This document shows positions 9,301 through 15,316 of a stretch of 15,599 nucleotides of DNA, piece by piece; the stretch's first letter is position 1; each line of letters starts with the position of its first letter. Origin of the DNA: Nitrospinota bacterium (GTDB lineage: Bacteria; UBA8248); the NCBI GenBank assembly GCA_046581755.1, contig JAYGFR010000141.1:1-15599 (forward strand). Direction: 5' to 3'. The notes beneath the pieces were generated by a model. That model was not told the origin of the DNA. It saw only the letters and a program-made list of their open reading frames with translations, and searched no databases. The translations under genes were made by a program, and so were the position numbers.

Positions 9301-9903
9301 GGGGAGGATGTTATTCATGCTGTCCCCAACAGCCTGAATCTGCCGGCGGAATTCAGCGAGGCCCGATTTCCGGTCCGTGTGGAGCAGATTGGGCTTGCTT
9401 CAGATTCGGGCGGGCCGGGTAAGCGTCGCGGCGGCCTCGGATATTTCAAGGAAATTCGCGTTCTATGCGACTGTGAAATTTTCAGCCAGGGAGATCGATC
9501 TGTCATCGCTCCCTGGGGGGCCAACGGAGGCCGGGCCGGCGGGCTCTTCGGCATTTTCATTAATCCGGGCACTCCGGTAGAGCGGCCCGTTCCACCCCTC
9601 AGCAATGGAACGAAAATCCTCGAGGGCGACTTGGTACGGGTGGTGACGACAGGGGGAGGAGGCTGGGGAAACCCCTTTCAGAGAGAGCTTCCATACGTTC
9701 GCCGCGATGTGATTTGGGGGAAGGTGACCTTCGATGGAGCCATGCGGCATTATGGTGTTGTATTTTTAGATGAAAAAAACTTCAAGGTGGATGTCGGCGG
9801 CTCGAAAGCCCTTCGGCAAATAATGCGGAAAAGAAGGAATAAGCCGCCTTTTTTCGATCGGGGCTCCCAATTCTCGAAGCTGAAATCCTCGGGTGCCATA
9901 TAG
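6325..9903 (+). CDS. Fused hydantoinase A+B / 5-oxoprolinase-family protein with degenerate catalytic motifs
   Basis: A half: DIGGTFTD, HGTT, SGPAAG, GPQSVGADPGPMCYG, PTVTDA, GPAIIEE. B half: GDVFIWNDPY, HLDDIGG, QEGLLVPP, DSGGPGKRRGGLG, TGGGGWGNP and the tail RDVIWGKVT...YGV. Single uninterrupted 1192-aa ORF. Confidence 0.88.
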   Translation: MAINGSIRIGVDIGGTFTDAAAIRSEDGAVFSVKVPSTPSNPYLALDEAVRNVLELPGAGPADVAALIHGTTAAKEALAGNTTAGLALVVNEGFRHILEIARQGVPEGCGNSYFWVKPPRLVPLDRVYEIGGRIDFRGDEKAPIDEELARDLVYSLKKEGIESVAICLLHSCVNPAHELFMKKIFEEEYPACVLSISSDVLPEAQEYERTVAALLDAVCKPVTKNYLDRASDRLPGGLPESTPVLIMLSNGEVVSAAEAMMRPLATAMSGPAAGVLACTALAGAAGLEKVITLDAGGASTEVSLLEGGVPRLVARPQLGSYTIPVPMLDLATAGIGGESVAWIGKDKKLRVGPQSVGADPGPMCYGKGGEEPTVTDAQLFLGRLPESLAGGALPLDRKSAGEGIGKIAETLKIPLVDAALGIIEMAVEEQVLAIRRLTVLEGKDPREFSLIAIGGAGPLMAADIAGALGIKRLILPPRSGCGSAAGLAGALEAGRVDPPKTKPGSGAEVARTGEREVYFNGMGFVPVPLYGHHLLGEGDSFHGPAIIEEAGSTAVVPPRCHCGVDEWGNLRIHLSGMSGPSSIAAREARGGARPIVQEIIEGAINTAEKEMEEIIGRAARSAIMRDLRDHRACLFDREGRKLTGRSFSAVADTALKNWPAEDIYEGDVFIWNDPYQSEGGIGGLATLCVCVPIFYRQKLAAFSLTACHLDDIGGAAPAAFRADCTDIFQEGLLVPPIKLFERGAMNREAYRIICRNSRLPDILQSDIDAAISACRAGGERVRELFERFGDEVVLETFEGLLERCEKIVREELMPKISDGAYKWEDYIEGDGVTPKKAHTLKVQMIKEEGKLTLDFRGTSPQAKGSINWPGDYAGGQYLKKRMGEILRSLAGSYERMFEIEINDGVCPLIDIIFPKRGSLITPNFPAPTNMHAITVGRLMSLFCGVLGLATKGRLPADHESARLWGFRGRGPDGNFLYREKLGGGTGGRPWADGEDVIHAVPNSLNLPAEFSEARFPVRVEQIGLASDSGGPGKRRGGLGYFKEIRVLCDCEIFSQGDRSVIAPWGANGGRAGGLFGIFINPGTPVERPVPPLSNGTKILEGDLVRVVTTGGGGWGNPFQRELPYVRRDVIWGKVTFDGAMRHYGVVFLDEKNFKVDVGGSKALRQIMRKRRNKPPFFDRGSQFSKLKSSGAI

Positions 9904-9931
9904 CCGCGCCCGAATGGCAGTCCCTTCCCGC

Positions 9932-10435
9932 CTACAATCCTCTCGACAACGATAAACCAAAAAATACGGCCAATAGGGCGAGAATGATATTCACGAAATT
10001 GGCAATTTCGACCCACCGAATAATTCTTAGGCGCTCCGGTGTTCCTTCACCGATAGGGCGCCCGTTTCCAGCGGGACCCGTCCCCCGGGTCAGCCGCAGG
10101 CCAAGACCGAAGAACTGAAAGCTCAATCCCATCATGATTAAAAAGACAACTCCCAGCTTGAGTCCCAGGGGCACGAAAATCGTCCCGAAAGAGGCGCCCA
10201 TCGCGATTTTGATACCGGTCAGATACCATGCCCCGGACATGATGAGTGTGCCCATGCAGATCAATATGAACGGATGGTAAAAGCGGAGAATCGAGGTGAC
10301 TTCGCCAGCGAACTCTTCAGGGCTGAGGCGGCTTTTCAGGCTCCTCACGAGGAGTGAAATAAAAGTCATCCCGCCGACGAAGAGGCAGGCAAAAGCAAGG
10401 TGTCCGTAAAGAATCCAAAAATAACTGCGCTGCAT
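9932..10435 (-). CDS. CopD/DUF4149-like integral membrane protein (167 aa, about 4 TM segments)
   Basis: The start was reassigned from 10612 to ATG 10435 (MQRSYFW...), which has AGGGA upstream and avoids overlap with the nitrilase gene. HLAFACLFVGGMTF resembles the CopD-type H...(W)xGG helix, and LGLKLGVV resembles the LxxKL motif. Four hydrophobic stretches. Confidence 0.65.
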   Translation of the reverse strand: MQRSYFWILYGHLAFACLFVGGMTFISLLVRSLKSRLSPEEFAGEVTSILRFYHPFILICMGTLIMSGAWYLTGIKIAMGASFGTIFVPLGLKLGVVFLIMMGLSFQFFGLGLRLTRGTGPAGNGRPIGEGTPERLRIIRWVEIANFVNIILALLAVFFGLSLSRGL

Positions 10436-10450
10436 AAAATGTCCCTGACA

Positions 10451-10474
10451 TAAAAACTCCCAGGCTTGGGAGCC
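10451..10474 (-). terminator. Rho-independent terminator downstream of the nitrilase-family gene
   Basis: The minus strand reads GGCTCCCA-AGCC-TGGGAG-TTTTTA: a perfect 6-bp CTCCCA/TGGGAG stem, a 4-nt loop and a U5 tract. Confidence 0.6.
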
Positions 10475-10511
10475 GGGGGGAGCGGTTGGATCGAGCCGGC
10501 CGATCGGCCGG

Positions 10512-11351
10512 TCACTCCTTCCCGGGAAGAAATTTATCGTACATATCGGGCCGTTGCCATTGGCTGAGCACCCCGGCCTTGGCCCCATTTTCCATGGACG
10601 AACCCACTGCATCCTTCTGTGCTCTGAGGTCTCGTACCCGGTCGAGATCGACGTCTACGAGGAACATGCCCTCCTGGGTACTCTCGAAGATAACCTCCTC
10701 CGGGGTGGCCACCATGGCGAGTCCCCGCTGGCTCTTATCGAAGAGGTTTTGGGTGGTGACGACAACGGCGAGGTTTTCAATGGCCCGGGACCAGATTAAG
10801 TTGCGCCACGTGGCCCAAAGCTTGTTTTTGTCCACGCCCCCGGGAAGAAAGATAATTTCAGCGCCCCGGATGGAAAGAGCGCGGGAGACTTCCGGCATGT
10901 ACACCTCGGAGCACATGGCCAAGCCGACCTGGGCCTGGGAGGTCTCAAAAACGGGATATTCGTCCCCCGCCGTGTACATGAAGTCCCAGTATTTCCCGCC
11001 GGTGTAAATCCACGGCCCCGGGGGATGGGTCCTCCTGTACTTTCCGGGGGCGCCCCCGCCGGGCCGGGCCAGCATCAGCAGATTGTGCGCGGTGCGCCTC
11101 TCATTGTCGATGGGCTCAAGCGTTCCATATTGAACGTAAATTCCGCACCGCTGGGCGACCTCGATCATGGCTTCGTTCGGGTCAAATGCCGCAGGCATCC
11201 GCCAGGGGCCGGGATAGGATTCGGGGAATGCGACGAACTCAGCTCCCTGTGCGGCGGCTTGTTCGACGAACTGAATGGCGTCGTCGATGTTTTTTTCATC
11301 ATCCGGCGGCATATGGCTCATGGGCTGAACAACGGCAATGCGAAAGCTCAA
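10512..11351 (-). CDS. Carbon-nitrogen hydrolase (nitrilase superfamily)
   Basis: RIAVVQP, GAEFVAFPE (catalytic Glu), KYRRTHP, GLAMCSEVYMPE (nucleophilic Cys), GAEIIFLP, RAIEN and DVDLDRVR. TTG start with a GAGGAG Shine-Dalgarno. Confidence 0.88.
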   Translation of the reverse strand: MSFRIAVVQPMSHMPPDDEKNIDDAIQFVEQAAAQGAEFVAFPESYPGPWRMPAAFDPNEAMIEVAQRCGIYVQYGTLEPIDNERRTAHNLLMLARPGGGAPGKYRRTHPPGPWIYTGGKYWDFMYTAGDEYPVFETSQAQVGLAMCSEVYMPEVSRALSIRGAEIIFLPGGVDKNKLWATWRNLIWSRAIENLAVVVTTQNLFDKSQRGLAMVATPEEVIFESTQEGMFLVDVDLDRVRDLRAQKDAVGSSMENGAKAGVLSQWQRPDMYDKFLPGKE

Positions 11352-11563
11352 TAGAGCGTCTCCTCGGTGTCCACGAATTTATTTTCGGAGAACAGGGTGC
11401 CCCCCATCGCTTAGGAATCAGGTTCGATATCATTGAACGTCACGATGGCGACTTCCTTGGGCGCGTCCGAGTGCTTGTGGATGACTTCGGAAATATTATC
11501 GGCCATGGCGGCCTTTTGCTCTTTGGTCCTGCCTTTGATCAGATTAATATGGACGATGGGCAT
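11348..11563 (-). pseudogene. 4-oxalocrotonate tautomerase-family gene with an in-frame TAA at codon 51 (absent from the ORF track)
   Basis: Hand translation: MPIVHINLIKGRTKEQKAAMADNISEVIHKHSDAPKEVAIVTFNDIEPDS*AMGGTLFSENKFVDTEETLY*. It has Pro1, GRTxEQK (Arg11) and the C-terminal xxMGG motif, with AAGGAG upstream. The internal TAA is at 11411-11413. Confidence 0.85.
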
Positions 11564-11614
11564 TTTCGAGGCTCCTTCCTGCGTGCGGTTGTTTGACGGT
11601 CTGAATGGTTGAGA

Positions 11615-13255
11615 TTATTTTCCGGCTTTGGGGCCTGCGGCGATGACCTTATCCGATACGCGATTCTCGAATTGCCTGAAATGTTTCTGGAACAAACCAG
11701 CTAGCTCGCGGGACTTTTGATCGTATTTTCTCTTGCTTTTCCACGCGTTCCACGGGATGAGGTTCTTCGAAGGGATTCCGGGGCACGACTTTGGCATCAT
11801 GAGTCCAAACACCGGATCTTTGACAGTGGGCACCTTGGCGAGTTTTCCTTCCAGGGCCGCTGTCAAAAGGGTTCGCGTGTGATAAAGAGAAACCCGGTCG
11901 GGATTGGTGGCCGGGTCTCCGTTCAAGCCCGTGTTGACAAGCCAGACCTGGGATTTATGCTTCTTGATTTTCTCGCGAAGTAACTCGGCGTAGCGGTTCG
12001 GGTGCCAGGCCAGAAAGGGCGCCCCGAAACAGGTGCTGAATGTGGCTTCTGGCTCATCGATTCCCGCCTCGGTACCGGCGACCTTGGCCGTATAACCCGA
12101 GAGAAAGTGATACATGGCCTGCTCGGGCGTGAGCTTGCTGATAGGCGGAAGGACGCCAAAGGCGTCGAACGCCAGGAAGAACACGTTTTTCGGGTGGCCG
12201 CCAATGCCCGAAATGATGCAGTTATCGATATAATCGACCGGATAGGTCGCCCGAGTGTTCTCGGTGTAACGGGTGTCGGTGTAGTCAATCTCGCGTGTTT
12301 CGGGATCGACGAAGACGTTTTCGAGAACCGAACCGAAGCGGATGGCATCCCAAATTTGGGGTTCCTTTTCGCGGGTGAGGTCAACGGTTTTGGCGTAGCA
12401 GCCGGCTTCGAAGTTGAAAATACCTTTGTCGCTCCAGCCGTGTTCGTCGTCTCCGATAAGCCGGCGGTTCTTATCGGCGGACAATGTGGTTTTCCCCGTT
12501 CCCGAGAGGCCGAAGAAAAGTGCTGTATCGCCTTTTTCCCCTGCGTTGGCAGAACAGTGCATTGGAAAAACATTTTTTTTGGGAAGCATATAGTTCATCA
12601 AAAAGAACGCCGATTTTTTCATCTCGCCCGCATATTCAGAACCGCCCACGAGAACGAGACGCTTCTCGAAGTTCACGAGCGTGAAATTTTCCTTTCGGAG
12701 ACCTTCAGAGGCGCCCGCCCCGTGAAACCGGCCCACGTCGATGACTGTGAACTGAGTTTCATGTTTTTTTAGCTCTTCCTTCGTGGGACGAACGAAAAGG
12801 GTAGTACAAAAGAGCGAGTGCCAGGCCTGTTCGGATATGACACGGACAGGAAGTTTGTAGCGGGGGTCCTGGCCGATGAAACCGTCAAAGACAAATACGT
12901 CTTTGTATTGAAGGTAGCTGGATACCTTGTCGAAAATGAGGTTCCAATTTTCGACGGAAATCTTTTGGTTGATAGGTCCCCACCAGATATCCCTGGTCGA
13001 GGGATTTTGATCGACCGTGAATTTATCCTTGGGCGAGCGGCCCGAATATTTTCCGGTATGGACGACCAGGGCACCGTTAGGGGCAAGGTATCCTTCTCCC
13101 CGGGCTACCGCCATCTCGGTGAGTGATGGGACCGAAAGATTCCGATATACTTTTCCCAAATTTTGAAGCCCCAATTTGGAAAGGCCATAGGTTTTGTCAG
13201 ATTTTCCCGAAGCAGCCGGGGCTTTGGATTTTCGTCCCCGTGCGGCCTTTGCCAT
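11615..13255 (-). CDS. pckA: Phosphoenolpyruvate carboxykinase (ATP)
   Basis: TGKYSGRSPKDKF, YAGEMKKS, MHCSAN, P-loop FFGLSGTGKTTLS, LIGDDEHGW, GCYAKT, ENTRATYP, HFLSGYTAKVAGTE and FSTCFGAPF. AAGGAGG Shine-Dalgarno. Confidence 0.97.
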   Translation of the reverse strand: MAKAARGRKSKAPAASGKSDKTYGLSKLGLQNLGKVYRNLSVPSLTEMAVARGEGYLAPNGALVVHTGKYSGRSPKDKFTVDQNPSTRDIWWGPINQKISVENWNLIFDKVSSYLQYKDVFVFDGFIGQDPRYKLPVRVISEQAWHSLFCTTLFVRPTKEELKKHETQFTVIDVGRFHGAGASEGLRKENFTLVNFEKRLVLVGGSEYAGEMKKSAFFLMNYMLPKKNVFPMHCSANAGEKGDTALFFGLSGTGKTTLSADKNRRLIGDDEHGWSDKGIFNFEAGCYAKTVDLTREKEPQIWDAIRFGSVLENVFVDPETREIDYTDTRYTENTRATYPVDYIDNCIISGIGGHPKNVFFLAFDAFGVLPPISKLTPEQAMYHFLSGYTAKVAGTEAGIDEPEATFSTCFGAPFLAWHPNRYAELLREKIKKHKSQVWLVNTGLNGDPATNPDRVSLYHTRTLLTAALEGKLAKVPTVKDPVFGLMMPKSCPGIPSKNLIPWNAWKSKRKYDQKSRELAGLFQKHFRQFENRVSDKVIAAGPKAGK

Positions 13256-13301
13256 TAAAAATCCTCCTTAAACACAACCAACATACATTTATGATTGGAT
13301 G

Positions 13302-13327
13302 AAAAGGAAAGCCTTCAGGCCCTCCCT
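13302..13327 (-). terminator. Terminator-like hairpin within the pckA upstream region
   Basis: The minus strand reads AGGGAGGGCC-TGAA-GGCTTTCCTTTT: an 8-10 bp stem with G-U pairs, a 4-nt loop and a short U run. Confidence 0.45.
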
Positions 13328-13406
13328 GGGTGATCCGGTAAAATATGCCGGACGGGCGGTGACCGGTAAATTGGCATATGAATGGATTGGTTTCCCGCAC
13401 CCCGGC

Positions 13407-13435
13407 AATATGCCTCGGAGACGGGGTGAGGTCAA
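13407..13435 (-). promoter_or_regulatory. Candidate sigma70 promoter for pckA
   Basis: Minus strand TTGACC (13435-13430), exactly 17 nt, then CATATT (13412-13407). It lies about 150 nt upstream of the pckA ATG. Confidence 0.55.
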
Positions 13436-13455
13436 CCAATTCTTGTTGGGGTGGA

Positions 13456-13845
13456 TTAGTCTTCGAGGGGTTGACGTGCGGCGAAACCGGTCTCCAATTC
13501 GTGCCAGTGGGTGATGGTTTCCTCCTCCATTTGCCAGCACAGGAATACGACCCGTCCCTCTCGGATCGAAGGGAAATCCACCAAACCGGTGGAGATGTCC
13601 TTAACCGCGATTCCGGATTTTTCGAAATACTTCATCTGACGCATCAAGTCCCTGTACGAGCGGAGGTAAAGGCCCGCATTCGTCATTGTGCCTCCGCCCT
13701 CGTCTACCCGTTGGGCCAAGCGGCGGGCCTCCTCACGATATGGGGCCATCGCCTTCCAGGCATCCCGCAGGGCGGTCAAGCGGGTTCGCAACTCGGGGAG
13801 TAACTCCCTGGCTTCTTCCAGCGTGAAAATTCTTTGACGGGTCAT
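13456..13845 (-). CDS. DUF2203-family protein (129 aa)
   Basis: Start reassigned to ATG 13845 (MTRQRIFTLEEARELLP), with GGGAG upstream. Family-typical VKDISTGLVDFPS...VFLCWQMEE...HWHELETGFAARQPL. Confidence 0.85.
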   Translation of the reverse strand: MTRQRIFTLEEARELLPELRTRLTALRDAWKAMAPYREEARRLAQRVDEGGGTMTNAGLYLRSYRDLMRQMKYFEKSGIAVKDISTGLVDFPSIREGRVVFLCWQMEEETITHWHELETGFAARQPLED

Positions 13846-13874
13846 ATATGGCGGACTCCCGTGGATTGGGGCAG

Positions 13875-14954
13875 TTATGCTTGAATTTCCAAGGCAGGAT
13901 TCCTGAAGAAGGGAAGGGGGGCCACCTCGGCTGATATTTCCTTCCCCCCCTCCCGAACGGAAAGGGCGGTCCCAGGCTCCATGGCCTTGCGGTGAATGAG
14001 ACCGAGGGCCGCCACATGCTCCAGCGTGGGACAATACGCAGCGCGGGTCAGGGTACCCACTTCCTCGCCATTCATTTCGACCTGGGCCCCGCGAGAGGGG
14101 ACGAGATTTCCCTCCAGGCGTATCCCGGCCAACCCCCGATTGACCTGGCCCAAATATTTGATTTTGGCGATGACCTCTTGGCCGATATAGCATCCCTTCT
14201 CGAAATCGATGGCTGTCGTCTCAAGGCCCGCCTGCATGGGGTTGATGTTTGAGTCCATATCCACCCCGAAAAGGCGCGTTCCCGCCTCCAGGGTCATGGT
14301 TCCGAAGGCGGTTGTTCCGGCCGGGCGGGCGCCGCCGTTCGAAAAATCCGTCCACAGGGCCTCCGCGCGCTCGGGGGGCGCCCAGAGCAGGTAGCCGTCC
14401 TCTCCCGTCCACAGCTCGCGGGCGATGTGGACGCCCTCTACATCGCGGTGCCCATGCTCGGCAAGGCCCTCCGCTCCCAGACCCGCCTCCTTCAGGCACC
14501 GGGCCGAGGCGGGGCCGAAAAGGCCCAGCCCACACAGCGACTCGGTAACCTCCTCCACCTCGACCTGATCCATGATGATGTACATGTCGATGGCTTCGGC
14601 GAATACCGAGGCCAATCCCGGGGGGAGGTCCGCGGCAAAATCGTTTTCCCGGCGGTAGAGGTGCATGTCCGCCACGAACTTGCCCCGCCGGGTGAGAAAT
14701 GTGTTGTATACCCCCTCGCCGGGGGATAGTTCCTCCACGCGGTTCGAGAGCATCCCCTGCAAGAATTTCGCGGCATCGGATCCCGATAGGCGGAGTTTTC
14801 CGCGGTGGGACAGATCCATCAGAACCGCCCCCTCACGGCCCGCCCGGTGCTCCCCGGCCGGGTCCCCGTAGTCGGCGGGCATGCCCCAGCCGGAGTGCTC
14901 CTCCAGGCGGGCTCCCAGCGCCTCGTGCAGGGCGAGGAGGGGAGTGGTCGGCAT
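13875..14954 (-). CDS. ygfZ: YgfZ/GcvT-family folate-binding aminomethyltransferase-like protein
   Basis: GcvT-like N-terminus TPLLALHEALGA...YGDPAGEH, DLSHRGKLRLSGSDAAKFLQG, and the YgfZ signature KGCYIGQEVIAK. GGAGG/AAGG upstream. Confidence 0.85.
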   Translation of the reverse strand: MPTTPLLALHEALGARLEEHSGWGMPADYGDPAGEHRAGREGAVLMDLSHRGKLRLSGSDAAKFLQGMLSNRVEELSPGEGVYNTFLTRRGKFVADMHLYRRENDFAADLPPGLASVFAEAIDMYIIMDQVEVEEVTESLCGLGLFGPASARCLKEAGLGAEGLAEHGHRDVEGVHIARELWTGEDGYLLWAPPERAEALWTDFSNGGARPAGTTAFGTMTLEAGTRLFGVDMDSNINPMQAGLETTAIDFEKGCYIGQEVIAKIKYLGQVNRGLAGIRLEGNLVPSRGAQVEMNGEEVGTLTRAAYCPTLEHVAALGLIHRKAMEPGTALSVREGGKEISAEVAPLPFFRNPALEIQA

Positions 14955-14970
14955 CCTTCATCCTCCCAAT

Positions 14971-15005
14971 GATCGAAGCCCAGGCAAACGATGGAAGCCC
15001 AAGCA
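14971..15005. promoter_or_regulatory. 16-bp imperfect direct repeat just upstream of the ygfZ ribosome-binding site
   Basis: GATCGAAGCCCAGGCA (14971-14986) and GATGGAAGCCCAAGCA (14990-15005): 14/16 identical, 19-bp period. Confidence 0.35.
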
Positions 15006-15125
15006 GGTGTTGGTAATTCTCCGCCCCGGTGTCAGGGCGGCCCATCCTCTTCGGGTCCCACTTTATGCCGATGGGCCGGGAAGTGATACCCCTGCCCAGG
15101 GCGAATATTTCGAAACACCCTCGCC

Positions 15126-15235
15126 GAAGGTTCGCGGAAATGCCGGAACGTTGACGAATATTCGGGGAGTTTCGCGGAGGTTTAACGAAACACGGCCACA
15201 TGCCCGAACGTTCGCGTAAATGCGTGAAAGTGCGC
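15126..15235. repeat. Degenerate 10-bp-period array, copy 1
   Basis: Units gaaggttcgc ggaaatgccg gaacgttgac gaatattcgg ggagtttcgc ggaggtttaa cgaaacacgg ccacatgccc gaacgttcgc gtaaatgcgt gaaagtgcgc. Positions 15147-15182 are identical to 15338-15373 (36 bp). Confidence 0.85.
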
Positions 15236-15316
15236 AGAAGTCATGGCGGGTTCACCGGGGGCCGGTCGGGGATTTGGGGTGCAAAACGAGCCCGCGCCGC
15301 CCCCATCGGCCGCGCC

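Noticed and set aside
10436..10612. N-terminal extensions given by the ORF track for 9932-10612 and 13456-14193
   Set aside because: They overlap the upstream genes. The internal ATGs at 10435 and 13845 have Shine-Dalgarno sites and coincide with the start of family similarity.
11186..11596. 136-aa + strand ORF filling the nitrilase-pckA gap
   Set aside because: It is the antisense shadow of the tautomerase and nitrilase genes, which explain the region better.
6211..13877. Genome-wide reassignment of TAA, suggested by the tautomerase TAA and the open frames after the hyuB and pckA TAA stops
   Set aside because: pckA, DUF2203 and ygfZ all end in TAA at their family-typical C-termini, so TAA is a normal stop here.
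13875..14954. Calling this gene gcvT (glycine cleavage T protein)
   Set aside because: It carries the YgfZ KGCYxGQE signature, and no gcvH or gcvP is adjacent.
15095..15150. Glycine riboswitch, suggested by CGCCGAAGG near a GcvT-like gene
   Set aside because: It is on the wrong strand for ygfZ, and the GGAGA and CTCTCAGG elements of the aptamer are absent.
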